Counted from the first letter of the stretch, positions 9,900-19,874 are shown. The stretch: DNA of 32,000 nt from Alkalilimnicola ehrlichii MLHE-1 (GCF_000014785.1 NC_008340.1:930001-962000); one strand, 5' to 3'. Notes: generated by a model from the letters alone, not told the origin. Numbers and translations: made by a program.

Positions 9900-10427
9900 G
9901 TGAGCAGTTTCACCGTCACCCGTCGCGTCGAGATCGACGCCGCCCACCGGATCCCCGACCACGGCTCGCGCTGCCGGCACCTGCACGGCCACCGCTATGT
10001 GGTCGAAGCGGCCTGCGGCAACCCCAGCCTGCAGGAGGCCGGCGAGGAGCGGGGCATGGTGCTGGACTTCGGCTTTCTCAAGGAGGAGATGCTGGCGGTC
10101 ATCGACGCGCCCTGTGACCACGGCCTGCTGTTGTCGGTGGATGATCACGTCATGCTGGCCCTGCTGGCCGGCGGCAGCGACCGGCCCGAGGCGTGGCTGG
10201 AGGGCTTACGTGAGCGGGTGGCCGGGCAGGGGTACGCCGAGGGCCGGGACCCGGCGCTGGGCGGCAAGCTCTACCTGGTGCCCGGGCCGCCCACCGCCGA
10301 GGTGCTGGCCCGGCACTGGTACGAGCGCCTGGCCCCCCGGGTCCATGCTCGCAGCCGCGGCAACGCGGCCTTGCTGGCCGTCACGGTCTGGGAGACCCCC
10401 AACTGCTGGGCGCGCTACCAGCCCTGA
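9900..10427 (+). CDS. queD: 6-carboxytetrahydropterin synthase
   Basis: 175 aa, GTG start; FTVTRRVEIDAAHRIPDHGSRCRHLHGHRYVVE and VLDFGFLKEEM...CDHGLLL. Confidence 0.88.
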   Translation: MSSFTVTRRVEIDAAHRIPDHGSRCRHLHGHRYVVEAACGNPSLQEAGEERGMVLDFGFLKEEMLAVIDAPCDHGLLLSVDDHVMLALLAGGSDRPEAWLEGLRERVAGQGYAEGRDPALGGKLYLVPGPPTAEVLARHWYERLAPRVHARSRGNAALLAVTVWETPNCWARYQP

Positions 10428-10437
10428 TGAACTCGGC

Positions 10438-13400
10438 TTATGCCAGCGGGGCCGGGGCGCCGAACAGGTAGCCCTGGTAGCGGTGGCAGCCGTGGGCGGC
10501 GAGCCGGGTACGCTGGGTCTCGGTCTCCACCCCTTCGGCGATGACGTGCAGGGACAGGCTCCGGGCCAGCCCGATGATGGAGCCGACAATGGCGTCCGCC
10601 GCCGGTGCCTGCTCCAGGGACTGGACGAAGGACTGGTCGATCTTCAGCTCATCCAGAGGCAGCCGTTGGAGATAGGCCAGGGAGGAAAACCCGGTGCCGA
10701 AGTCGTCCAGCGAGAAGTGCACGCCCAGGGCGCGCAGCCGCTCCATGGTCGCGCAGACCTGATCCGGCTCCTCCATCAGCAGGCTCTCAGTGACCTCCAG
10801 CTTCAGCCGCTCCGCCGGCGCGCCGGTGGTTTCCAGGGCCTCGCGGACGGCCGCCACCAGGTCGTCGTGGCGGAACTGCACACTGCTGATGTTGACCGAC
10901 AGCGTCAGCGCCCGGGTGGCCGGGTCCCGGGCCCAGGCAGCCAATTGCCGGGCGGCGGCCTGCAGCAGCCAGCGGCCCAGGGGGATGATCAGCCGGCTTT
11001 GCTCGGCGATGGGGATGAAAACGCCCGGCCCGATGGGCCCCTGCTCCGGGTGCGGCCAACGCAGCAGCGCCTCGTACCCCAGGATGTCACCGTCCGGCCC
11101 CACCTGGGGCTGGAAGTGCAGGGTCAGGCCGCCGTCATGGACCGCGCGCCGCAGGCCCCGCTCCAAGTGCACCCGGCGCAGCATGTCCGCCTGCATCAGC
11201 GGGTCGAAGAAGCAGATGGCGTTACGTCCGCTTTGCTTTGCCTGGTGCATGGCCTGTTCGGCCTCTTGAACGGCCACCTCCGGTTTGGTCTCGTGGTTGC
11301 GGAAGAGCGTGATCCCGATGCTTGCGTGCAAATGGATAGGTTCGCCATCCATCACCAGTGGCGCCTCAAGCTGTTTAATCAGTGCCTCTGCCGCCGCCTC
11401 CGCGCCGCGGGCGGCGGCCTGGGTCTCCTCCGCCAGGTCGGTGAGCAGGACCAGAAAGTCATCGGCGTTGAGCCGGGCGAGGGTGTCGCTCTCGCGGATC
11501 GAGTTGGACAGGCGGCCACTCAGGGCCTGTAGCAGCCGGTCCCCCGTGCCATGCCCATGGGCATCGTTCACCGCCTTGAAGTGATCCAGGTCCAGGTACA
11601 GCAGCGCGCCCTGGCGGCGGCTGCGGTGATTGCCGCGCAGGCAATGTGCCAGGCGTTCCAAGAGCAGCCGTCGGTTGGGCAGCCCGGTGAGCGTGTCGTA
11701 AAAAGCCAGCCGGTGGACCTGGCGCTCGGCCTCCTTGCGGTCGCTGATATCGTGCAGGGTCGCCACGTAGTGGGTGATCTCACCGCTGTCGTCCCGCACG
11801 GCGGTGATGGTCTGCCACTCGGGGAATATCTCGCCGTTCTTGCGGCGGTTCCAGATCTCCCCCTCCCAGCTCCCGTGCTCCCGCACCTGTGCCCACATCC
11901 GCTGGTAGAAGCGCTCGTCGTGTCGCCCGGAGCTGAGCAGGCGGGGCGTTTGGCCCAGTACCTCGGCCTGTTGGTAACCGGTGATCCGGCAAAAGGTGTC
12001 GTTCACCCGCTGGATGCGGCCTTCGGCATCGGTGATCATCATGCCCAGATGGGTTTCGAAGGCGGCCGCCGCGATCCGCAGTTCCGCCTCCGTGGTCCGT
12101 GCTTCGGTGATGTCGCGGACCTGGGCCAGCGCCCCAAGGTACTGGTTATCGGCACCGCGCACCGGGCGCACGACAGTGGTGAAGGTCCGTTCCGTCCCGC
12201 CGAGCGTCAGCGTGTAGTCATACTGCACCGGGTCCTCACCGGCGGCGAGCCGCGCCAGGGCGTCTTTCAGGGGGGTGCTGAGCGGCTCCGGTAACACCGT
12301 CCGAAAGTGCTTGCCAAGGGCCTGTTCCGCGGGGAGCAGCAGTTTTTCCGGCTCGTCGGCATGAATGTGGATGAACCGGCCCTCTCTGTCGAACATGAAC
12401 AGCAGATCCGGCATGGCGTCGACCAAGGCCCGCAGACGGGCCTCGCGGGACTGGAGCGCCTCCTGCGTCGCCTCCCGCCCGCGCACCTCGAGGCGCAGGG
12501 CGCGCTCCAGGCTCCGGCGGTGCAGGTAATGGGCCAGCAGTGCTGTCCCCAGCAGGGCGGCGAGGGCAACCCCCAGGCCCATGGCCCAGGCCCGCTGACG
12601 CCAACCGCCGAGGGCCACGTCAATCGCCTCGCCGGAGATGACCACGAAGGGGAGGGCATTGACCCGTCGGGCGGTGTAGATGCGTTCCACCCCATCCACC
12701 GGGGAGCGCATGCGGATCCGGGCGGTGGCATGCCCCTGCTCGAGGAAGGCTGTTAGCTCCGGGGTCTCGACGGGCGTGCTGACCGGCACGGAGGCGCCGT
12801 CGCTGTCACGGTCCGGGTAACGGGCGACTAGCTGCAGGTCTCTGTCCAGCACCGTGATGCTCTCACCTCGGGAGAGGGTGGTGCGATGCAGGGCCTCCGA
12901 GAAGATGGCCGGATCCAGTTGGATGGCCACCAGGTTGGCGGTCGGGTCCGGTGCCCGGGAGATGCGCCGGAGGTGCATCAGATAGTGCCGGTCATCCAGG
13001 GGTGATCGGTAGAGGGAGGTGATCAGCTCGTGCAGGGTGGGATCGGCGCGGAACGCCGAGAGAAAGGCCGTGTCGCCCAGGTCTGTGCCCCGGGCCATGT
13101 CCTCCCGGGTGCTATTGAGCACCGTCCCGTCGTGGCGGAGGATGGCCAGCTCATTGAGGATCGGCAGACTGTCCCGGCGCAGGCGTAGGAAGCCGTCCAG
13201 CGCTTCGTCGCCCAGGTGATAGGGGATCATACGCTCTGGCGTCTCAGGGGCCAGGATGTGGGCGATGCCCGCCAGGGTGTGCTCGCTGACCAGTAGGCTG
13301 CTGCGGACCCACTCCGCCACCATGTCCACCCGCGCCTGGGTCCGGTCCGCGGCCAGAGCGATATCGCGCTGGTATTGATCGTGCAGCAGCCAGACCACGA

Positions 13401-13509
13401 CCAGCAGCAGGGTGAGAACGGCGCCCAGGTACCAGCCGACAGCCCGGCGGCGGACCACCGGATAGGCAAGCTCTGCGGGGGGGTGATCGGTATCGCGATG
13501 GCCCGACAT
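10438..13509 (-). CDS. Membrane-anchored PAS-GGDEF-EAL protein, probable c-di-GMP phosphodiesterase
   Basis: 1023 aa; N-terminal TM (GWYLGAVLTLLLVVVWLL), periplasmic sensor region, second TM, PAS repeats, GGDEF-like domain (DLDHFKAVNDAHGHGTGDRLLQ...RLNADDFLVLL) and EAL domain (GYEALLRWPHPEQGPIGPGVFIPIAE...IDQSFVQ...IAEGVET). Confidence 0.93.
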   Translation of the reverse strand: MSGHRDTDHPPAELAYPVVRRRAVGWYLGAVLTLLLVVVWLLHDQYQRDIALAADRTQARVDMVAEWVRSSLLVSEHTLAGIAHILAPETPERMIPYHLGDEALDGFLRLRRDSLPILNELAILRHDGTVLNSTREDMARGTDLGDTAFLSAFRADPTLHELITSLYRSPLDDRHYLMHLRRISRAPDPTANLVAIQLDPAIFSEALHRTTLSRGESITVLDRDLQLVARYPDRDSDGASVPVSTPVETPELTAFLEQGHATARIRMRSPVDGVERIYTARRVNALPFVVISGEAIDVALGGWRQRAWAMGLGVALAALLGTALLAHYLHRRSLERALRLEVRGREATQEALQSREARLRALVDAMPDLLFMFDREGRFIHIHADEPEKLLLPAEQALGKHFRTVLPEPLSTPLKDALARLAAGEDPVQYDYTLTLGGTERTFTTVVRPVRGADNQYLGALAQVRDITEARTTEAELRIAAAAFETHLGMMITDAEGRIQRVNDTFCRITGYQQAEVLGQTPRLLSSGRHDERFYQRMWAQVREHGSWEGEIWNRRKNGEIFPEWQTITAVRDDSGEITHYVATLHDISDRKEAERQVHRLAFYDTLTGLPNRRLLLERLAHCLRGNHRSRRQGALLYLDLDHFKAVNDAHGHGTGDRLLQALSGRLSNSIRESDTLARLNADDFLVLLTDLAEETQAAARGAEAAAEALIKQLEAPLVMDGEPIHLHASIGITLFRNHETKPEVAVQEAEQAMHQAKQSGRNAICFFDPLMQADMLRRVHLERGLRRAVHDGGLTLHFQPQVGPDGDILGYEALLRWPHPEQGPIGPGVFIPIAEQSRLIIPLGRWLLQAAARQLAAWARDPATRALTLSVNISSVQFRHDDLVAAVREALETTGAPAERLKLEVTESLLMEEPDQVCATMERLRALGVHFSLDDFGTGFSSLAYLQRLPLDELKIDQSFVQSLEQAPAADAIVGSIIGLARSLSLHVIAEGVETETQRTRLAAHGCHRYQGYLFGAPAPLA

Positions 13510-13639
13510 GGAATCCCCTGTTCAGTACGAGGGCGTAGTTTAGCAGGTGGGATCGGCTGCCGGCCGGATGCGTCCCGAGGCCGAGTGGCCCGTAACGAAA
13601 AGCGGCGGACCCGCTGCCGGATCCGCCGCTCTCTGATGC

Positions 13640-13716
13640 TGGTCGGGGTGACTGGATTCGAACCAGCGACTCCTGCCTCCCGAAGACAGTGCTCTACCAA
13701 GCTGAGCTACACCCCG
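13640..13716 (-). tRNA. tRNA-Pro (anticodon CGG), CCA encoded
   Basis: Minus strand CGGGGTG TA GCTCAGCTTGGTAGAGC A CTGTC TTCGGGA GGCAG GAGTC GCTGG TTCGAAT CCAGT CACCCCG ACCA folds as a full cloverleaf. Confidence 0.93.
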
Positions 13717-13732
13717 ATGGTCTGCTTGCCGG

Positions 13733-14704
13733 CTAGAAGGTGCGGGCCACGCTGAAGCGGGCCAGCGCCTCTAGGGCTTGCTTCCACTCGGAATCGGGCA
13801 GGTGGGCCAGGCGATTCACGGCCTCTTCCGCTTCGTCCCGAGCGAGGCGCTGAGTATAAGGAATGGCACCGGTGTTTTCAATGGCCTGTTGCACGGCGGC
13901 AATGCGCGATATGCCCCCCTCGCTGATCGCCTCCCGGATGACCTGGCGCTCCTCGGCACTGCCGCGGGCCATGGCGTAGATCAGCGGCATGGTGGGCTTG
14001 CCTTCCGCCAGGTCGTCGCCGATGTTCTTACCGATCTCCTCCGCCTTGCCCGCGTAATCGAGGGCGTCGTCCACCAACTGGTAGGCGGTGCCCAGGTGCA
14101 GGCCGTAGGCGGCCAGGTGGTCGGTTTGCGCCTGCGGCAGCCCGGCAATGGTCCCGCCCAGGCAACAGGCGGCCTCAAACAACGAAGCGGTCTTGCGGTA
14201 AATGACGTCGCGGTAGCGGGCCTCGGAGACGTCCGGGTCGTGGCAGTTGAGCAGCTGCATCACCTCGCCCTCGGCGATGGTGTTGGTGGTGCGGGCCATC
14301 ACCTGCATGATCGGCAGCAGACCCACCTCCACCATCATCTCGAAGGCGCGGGTGTAGAGGAAGTCGCCCACCAGCACGGCGGCCTCGTTGCCCCAGATGC
14401 TGTTGGCGGTGTCCTGGCCGCGGCGGAGGGTGGATTCGTCGACCACATCGTCGTGCAGCAGGGTGGCGGTATGGATGAATTCGACCACCGCGGCCAGCTT
14501 GATATGGTGCTCGCCGCGGTAACCGGCCGCGCGGGCCGCCAGCAGCACCAGTAGCGGACGCAGGCGCTTGCCGCCGCTGTTGACGATGTAGTGGCCCATC
14601 TGGTCGATGAGCACGACTTCGGAACTCAGGCGCTCCTGGATCAGGCGGTTTACGGCGGCCATGTCGTCGGCTGCCAGATTCCGTATTGCGTCGATGTCCA
14701 TCAA
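13733..14704 (-). CDS. ispB: Octaprenyl diphosphate synthase
   Basis: 323 aa; GGKRLRPLLVLLAARAAGY, LLHDDVVDESTLRRG, QLVDDALDYAG, GDDLAEGKPTMPLIYAM. Confidence 0.94.
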   Translation of the reverse strand: MMDIDAIRNLAADDMAAVNRLIQERLSSEVVLIDQMGHYIVNSGGKRLRPLLVLLAARAAGYRGEHHIKLAAVVEFIHTATLLHDDVVDESTLRRGQDTANSIWGNEAAVLVGDFLYTRAFEMMVEVGLLPIMQVMARTTNTIAEGEVMQLLNCHDPDVSEARYRDVIYRKTASLFEAACCLGGTIAGLPQAQTDHLAAYGLHLGTAYQLVDDALDYAGKAEEIGKNIGDDLAEGKPTMPLIYAMARGSAEERQVIREAISEGGISRIAAVQQAIENTGAIPYTQRLARDEAEEAVNRLAHLPDSEWKQALEALARFSVARTF

Positions 14705-14734
14705 GCGGCGGTTCCGAAAGGTGAATGGCCACGC

Positions 14735-14763
14735 ATGCTAGGGTGGTGTCGCGGGGGTGTCAA
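14735..14763 (-). promoter_or_regulatory. Sigma70-like promoter for ispB
   Basis: On the minus strand, TTGACA - 17 bp - TAGCAT, ending 31 nt upstream of the ispB start. Confidence 0.6.
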
Positions 14764-14950
14764 GGCAGTTGACATCCGGGCCGCTGCCAGGGCCGTGGCC
14801 GGGCCAGGGATGAGCGCCGGACCGGCACTATTCTGATAAGGCCGTTACCGGCCCGTGTTGTTTCTTCAGGGGCCTCTTCTATGTTTAAGATTGTTATACA
14901 AGACTTTTAGGGTTTTTTCGCCCATCAATGTTTATGGGGGGCATTCAGGT

Positions 14951-15376
14951 ATGTATCACCGCATCATGGTCCCGGTGGACCTGGCCCACCTGGGGGCGCT
15001 GGAGCGCACCTTGCAGGTGTCTGCTGACATGGCGAAACACTTCGGCGCCGAGGTCTGTTACGTGAGTGTGACCCCAGGTACGCCGGGGCGGGTGGCCCGG
15101 TCGCCGGCGGAGTACGAGCAGAAGCTCAAGGCCTTCGCCGAAGAGCAGGGCAAGCGGCATGGCCGGCCGGTGAGCACCAAGGTGTATGTCAGCGCCGATC
15201 CGGTTGCCGACTTGGACGATCTGTTGGTCAAGGCGGTGGACGAGGTGGGCGTCGACCTGGTCATCATGGGCACGCACCTGCCGCGGAAACTCGATGTCAT
15301 CATGCCGTCCCACGGCGGCAAGGTGGCGCGGCAAACCGATGTGTCGGTGTTCCTGGTCCGTCCACCTCGCGGGTGA
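14951..15376 (+). CDS. Universal stress protein family protein
   Basis: MYHRIMVPVDLAHLGALERTLQVSADMAKHFGAEVCYVSVTP...VDLVIMGTHLPRKLDVIMPSHGGKVARQTDVSVFLVR. Confidence 0.88.
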   Translation: MYHRIMVPVDLAHLGALERTLQVSADMAKHFGAEVCYVSVTPGTPGRVARSPAEYEQKLKAFAEEQGKRHGRPVSTKVYVSADPVADLDDLLVKAVDEVGVDLVIMGTHLPRKLDVIMPSHGGKVARQTDVSVFLVRPPRG

Positions 15377-15427
15377 ACCCCGCCACCGTACTGCACACTG
15401 CGTCGTCAGCAACACGGAGGCCTACCT

Positions 15428-17152
15428 GTGGCTAAAGATAATGAACCGCAACCGTCTGACAACCAGCAATCAATCACCAACTCCGGCGAGATGGCCTCTG
15501 TGGGCGTGCCTGCGCCCGAGGGGCCGGCCAACCTGATCGACACCGATTATGTCATTGGCCAGGACAACATCACCGGCCAGATCCGGCTCAACCTGGACAT
15601 TCACGGCAAGGTCTTTGCCATCTCCGCGCTGGTCACCGTGTTTTTTGTGGTCCTCACCCTGGCCCTGCAGGACGAGGTGGCGCCGCTGTTCGAGGCCACC
15701 CGTGTCTGGCTCACCAGTAATCTCGCTTGGTTCTTCCTGCTCGCCGGCAACATCTTTGTGCTGGTCTGTCTCGCCCTGATCTTCTCGCCACTGGGCCGGG
15801 TCCGTATCGGGGGGGCGGAGGCGACACCCGATTTCTCCTACCTCGGCTGGTTCTCCATGCTCTTCGCCGCGGGTATGGGCATAGGGCTGATGTTCTTCGC
15901 CGTCTCCGAGCCCATCAGTCACTTCGGCACTGCCATGGGCGGCATCGCCCTGGAGGACGGGGCTCGCACCGACTGGGCGCCGCTGGGGGCCGCCGAGGGG
16001 AATACCGAGGCGGCGATCCGGCTGGGGATGGCAGCGACCATCTTCCACTGGGGCCTGCACCCGTGGGCGATCTACGCCGTGGTGGCCCTGGCACTGGCCA
16101 TCTTCGCCTACAATAAGGGGCTGCCGCTGACCGTGCGCTCCATCTTCTACCCCCTGCTCGGTGAGCGCGTCTGGGGTTGGCCGGGGCACCTCATCGACAT
16201 GTTGGCGGTCTTTGCGACCCTGTTCGGCCTGGCCACCTCCCTGGGGCTGGGCGCACAGCAGGCCTCCGCAGGGCTCAGCCACCTGTTCGGAATCCCTGAG
16301 GGCAACCTGACCATGGTGCTGCTGATCCTGGGGATCACGGCCGTGGCCATCGTCTCGATCGTGGCGGGGGTGGACAAGGGCGTTAAGCGTCTCTCCGAGA
16401 TCAACATGTTCGTCGCGGGCCTGTTGATGTTCTTCGTCATCTTCGTCGGGCCGACACTCCTGATATTTACCGGGGTGTTCCAGAACCTGATGGCCTACCT
16501 GGTCAACCTGCCGGCGCTGTCCATGCCCTTCGGGCGCGAGGACAGCAACTTCACCGAGGGCTGGACGGCCTTCTACTGGGCCTGGTGGATCAGCTGGTCA
16601 CCCTTTGTCGGCATGTTCATCGCCCGCGTGAGCCGCGGTCGCTCGGTCCGTGAGTTCCTGATCGCGGTCCTGCTGGTGCCGTCCATGGTCTCCGTGCTTT
16701 GGATGACCGCCTTTGGTGCCACCGCCATCGATCAGGTGGTCAACCAGGGCTTTGAGGGCGTGCGCGAGGCGGCACTGGAACTCCAGCTCTTCGTCATGCT
16801 CGGCGAACTGCCGTTGGCGCAGATCACCTCGTTCGTGGGCATCTTGTTGGTGGTGGTCTTCTTCATTACCTCGTCCGATTCCGGTTCGCTGGTGATCGAC
16901 ACCATCACCTCCGGTGGCAAGGTGGATGCGCCCAAGCCGCAGCGGGTGTTCTGGGCCATCATCGAGGGGCTGATCGCCATCGCCCTGCTGATCGGTGGCG
17001 GGCTGGCGGCCCTGCAGGCCATGGCCATCTCCACCGGTCTGCCCTTCACGCTGGTCCTGCTGGTGGGCTGCTATGCCATCTTCAAGGGCCTGATGTCCGA
17101 GCCCCGGGGTCTCCCGGAGCCGGAGGAGGGGCAGAAGGAGCCCAGCCGGTAA
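15428..17152 (+). CDS. BCCT family (betaine/choline/carnitine) transporter
   Basis: 574 aa, GTG start; GMGIGLMFFAVSEPISHF, ATIFHWGLHPWAIYAVVALALA, FYWAWWISWSPFVGMFIARVSRGR, FFITSSDSGSLVID. Confidence 0.95.
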   Translation: MAKDNEPQPSDNQQSITNSGEMASVGVPAPEGPANLIDTDYVIGQDNITGQIRLNLDIHGKVFAISALVTVFFVVLTLALQDEVAPLFEATRVWLTSNLAWFFLLAGNIFVLVCLALIFSPLGRVRIGGAEATPDFSYLGWFSMLFAAGMGIGLMFFAVSEPISHFGTAMGGIALEDGARTDWAPLGAAEGNTEAAIRLGMAATIFHWGLHPWAIYAVVALALAIFAYNKGLPLTVRSIFYPLLGERVWGWPGHLIDMLAVFATLFGLATSLGLGAQQASAGLSHLFGIPEGNLTMVLLILGITAVAIVSIVAGVDKGVKRLSEINMFVAGLLMFFVIFVGPTLLIFTGVFQNLMAYLVNLPALSMPFGREDSNFTEGWTAFYWAWWISWSPFVGMFIARVSRGRSVREFLIAVLLVPSMVSVLWMTAFGATAIDQVVNQGFEGVREAALELQLFVMLGELPLAQITSFVGILLVVVFFITSSDSGSLVIDTITSGGKVDAPKPQRVFWAIIEGLIAIALLIGGGLAALQAMAISTGLPFTLVLLVGCYAIFKGLMSEPRGLPEPEEGQKEPSR

Positions 17153-17186
17153 ACGGGCTGGGGCCTGCTTGCAGGCCTGTCTGTCA

Positions 17187-17220
17187 GGGGCGGCCCGCCA
17201 CCGGCGGGTCGCCCCTTTTT
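17187..17220 (+). terminator. Strong rho-independent terminator after BCCT gene
   Basis: GGGGCGGCCCGCC-ACC-GGCGGGTCGCCCC (13 bp stem with one G-T) followed by TTTTT. Confidence 0.92.
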
Positions 17221-17248
17221 AATGAGCGAGGGGCGGCCATAGGGCCTG

Positions 17249-17971
17249 TCAGCACCAGAGCTGGCCGAGCGACGTCTCCGGCGAGTAGAGCCGGCCGACC
17301 TGTGCCTGAAACAGCTCGGCCGTGGCCAGGGCGTCGTTCACCGCATGGTGCGAGTGGTAGGCCGGTAGGCCGTAGCGCAGGCGGCTGTCGTGCAGCCGGA
17401 TAGGCACCGGATTCTGGCCGAGGAACCGTTTCAGCCGCGACCAGCCCGACTGCCGGTGCCGTCGCGCCTCCAGCTCCATGGTGTCGATCACCGGGAACAG
17501 GAGGCCCTCGCCCACGCGGGCGCGCACGGCTGTGTCCAGAAAGGGGCGTTCAATATTGCGGTAGTGGACCACCGGCTGTCGACCGGCCAAGGCCTCCAGC
17601 AGCTCATCCAACACCTCCGAAAGATCGGGTGCGTTGGCCAGGTCCGAGTGGGTGATGCCGTGCAGGGTGATGGATTCGCTGAGCAGCGGGCGGGGTGGCT
17701 GCAGCAACCAGTGGCGGCGGTCGGGTAGCCGGATGCGCTGCAGGTCGAAGGGCACCAAGCCAATACTGACGATGGCATGGCGGTCCGGATCGAGACCGGT
17801 GGTCTCCATGTCCAGCGCCACCAGGGGGGCCTCGCCGATTGGCGTATTCGGCGTCAGGTCCCAGCCCTGAAAGTAGCGTTGCAGCCGCGGATCGCGGGCC
17901 TGTCTGGCTCGATCGGCCAAGTAGGCTGGCCACTGTGTGGCCGGGGTGGTGTTTCGTCGCCAAGAGAGCAT
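17249..17971 (-). CDS. 3'-5' exonuclease, DnaQ/PolC-epsilon-like
   Basis: ExoI motif LVALDMETTGLDPDRHAIVSIGLVPF, ExoII-like VVHYRNIERPFLD, ExoIII HHAVNDALATAELF. Start taken at MLSWRRNTTPATQW. Confidence 0.85.
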   Translation of the reverse strand: MLSWRRNTTPATQWPAYLADRARQARDPRLQRYFQGWDLTPNTPIGEAPLVALDMETTGLDPDRHAIVSIGLVPFDLQRIRLPDRRHWLLQPPRPLLSESITLHGITHSDLANAPDLSEVLDELLEALAGRQPVVHYRNIERPFLDTAVRARVGEGLLFPVIDTMELEARRHRQSGWSRLKRFLGQNPVPIRLHDSRLRYGLPAYHSHHAVNDALATAELFQAQVGRLYSPETSLGQLWC

Positions 17972-17984
17972 ACGGCGGCCTGGA

Positions 17985-19874
17985 CTAGGGCATGGGGTAG
18001 CGGAAACGCAGGAAGCGCTGGGCATTGCTCAGGACCTGGAAGGCGTCCTTGAGGTTGTGGCGCTCGGTGTCGGAGAGGTTCTCCGGCTCGATGTAATTGT
18101 CCGGCGGACGATCGTTCTGGATGTCGGCCACCTGATGCCGGATGCGCACCATGGACATGAACTCGAAGGCGTAGCGCAGCTTCTCGCCCACCCCCTTGGG
18201 CAGCAGCGTCGTCTTGCTGATGTCGTCTAACCGATCAAAGGTGTTCTGGGCGGTGGAGCCGCAGGCGAGGGCGTGCACCCGCACCAGGTCCACCATGGGG
18301 GCCGTACCCCGTCCCTTGAGATTGATGATGTTGTTCTGTTTGCCGTCCTTCTCCATCACGAAATCGCGCCAGAAGCCCAGCGGCGGCGTGCGGTTGAGGG
18401 CGTTACGGGCGAGGGCGGCGAGAAAGCGACTATGGCGCGGTGCAAGATTGGCGGCGAGGTCCTGCAGCTGCTCGACGAACACCTCCTCGCCATAGCAGCT
18501 CTCCAGATCGAAGAAGATCGAGCTGTGCAGCAGCCGCTCCGGCGTGGGCTGCAGGATCCAGTCGCGAAAGTACTCCTTCCACACTCGCAGCGGCTGGCGC
18601 CACTGGGGGTTGGTGGCCATGATGCCGCCCTTGCAATAGGTATAGCCCAGCTCCGCCAAACCGTCGGAGACCTGTTTGGCCAGCTCGGCGAAGTAGTCGT
18701 CGTGTTGCTCCGGGTCGAATCGGTCGTCCAGGATCAGCGCGTTGTCCTGGTCGGTGACGATGGTCTGCTCGTGCCGGGCCATGGAGCCCAGGACCATAAA
18801 GCAGTAGGGCACCGGCGGCGGACCCAGGGCCTCCTCGGCCAGCTCCAGCAGGCGGCGGGTGAAGCTGCGGCCGATGGTGGACTGGGCGCTGCCAATCATC
18901 TGTGAGTTGGCGCCCTCACGTTCCATGCCGACGAAGGTGTCGCGGGCGTCGCGGCGCAGGCGGATCAGGTGCTTGACGCTGCGCGCCCGGTAGATGCTGT
19001 CCACCAGGTAGAGGCTGCTGTGGGTCTCGTGGCGGAGGATGTCCGACAGGTGCAGCAGGCCGACCGGCCGGCGGCGGTGGAGCACCGGTAGGTGGTGGAT
19101 GTTATTGCGCAGCATGCTCAGGGTGGCTTCCTGCACGGTCTCATCCGACTGGATGGTGATCAGGTCACGGCTGGCCACCTCGCCCACCGGCGTCTCCGGC
19201 GGCAGCCCCTCCGCCACCACCCGGTTGCGAAAGTCGCTGTCGGTGACCAGGCCCACCAGCCGCCGTCGCTCCCCGCCACGCTCCACGGTCAACTGCTCCG
19301 GGTCATCGTCGGGCGCTCCCAGGACAAGCACCGAGGGGTTCTGGCTGTCTCGTATGAGCCGGGCCGCCTCCTGCACCGGGGTGGACTCATTCAGCATCAG
19401 CGGGCTGCGGGTAATCAGCTTGCGTACCCGGGTGGTGAGGCTGGCGTGATCGAACGTCTTCTCGACCGTGGTCTCAAGCCGCGGTTTCTCCAGTTCCACG
19501 AAATCGGCAAACTGTTCGTCCGCCTCGCACAGACGGTCGAAGGTGGTGCGCGGGATGTAATAGATCAGGGTGTCTTCGATGGCCTTGGCCGGAAAGCGTA
19601 CCCGTTGGTTTCGCAGCAGGGCGAAATGGCCGAAGATATCCCCCTCGCTCAGGCGGTCGTAGAGGGTGCCGTTACGGCGGTAGATATCCACCGCCCCGCT
19701 GCGGATGTAGTGCAGGTCGTTGATCTCCTGGTCCAGCTTGAGGATATCGGTGCCGGACTTGAAGTAGGCCACCTCCACCGTATCCGCCACCGCGTCGAGC
19801 AGCTCGTCCGACAGGGCATCGAAGGGGGGAAAGCGGGCCAGGTGCTGTCTGACTTCCAGCGATTCGATATCCAT
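17985..19874 (-). CDS. cNMP-binding/CBS-pair/DUF294-type putative nucleotidyltransferase
   Basis: 629 aa; cyclic-nucleotide-like N-terminus (YFKSGTDILKLDQEINDLHYIRSGAVDIYRR), CBS pair, and FMVLGSMARHEQTIVTDQDNALILDD nucleotidyltransferase motif. Confidence 0.88.
   Translation of the reverse strand: MDIESLEVRQHLARFPPFDALSDELLDAVADTVEVAYFKSGTDILKLDQEINDLHYIRSGAVDIYRRNGTLYDRLSEGDIFGHFALLRNQRVRFPAKAIEDTLIYYIPRTTFDRLCEADEQFADFVELEKPRLETTVEKTFDHASLTTRVRKLITRSPLMLNESTPVQEAARLIRDSQNPSVLVLGAPDDDPEQLTVERGGERRRLVGLVTDSDFRNRVVAEGLPPETPVGEVASRDLITIQSDETVQEATLSMLRNNIHHLPVLHRRRPVGLLHLSDILRHETHSSLYLVDSIYRARSVKHLIRLRRDARDTFVGMEREGANSQMIGSAQSTIGRSFTRRLLELAEEALGPPPVPYCFMVLGSMARHEQTIVTDQDNALILDDRFDPEQHDDYFAELAKQVSDGLAELGYTYCKGGIMATNPQWRQPLRVWKEYFRDWILQPTPERLLHSSIFFDLESCYGEEVFVEQLQDLAANLAPRHSRFLAALARNALNRTPPLGFWRDFVMEKDGKQNNIINLKGRGTAPMVDLVRVHALACGSTAQNTFDRLDDISKTTLLPKGVGEKLRYAFEFMSMVRIRHQVADIQNDRPPDNYIEPENLSDTERHNLKDAFQVLSNAQRFLRFRYPMP

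Noticed and set aside
9997-11532. 511-aa plus-strand ORF
   Set aside because: It overlaps queD in another frame and is antisense to the EAL domain; a shadow ORF.
13640-13716. tRNA-Pro as the integration site of the T6SS material
   Set aside because: ispB lies between the tRNA and the interposed genes, and I saw no integrase or repeated tRNA 3' end near the cassette.
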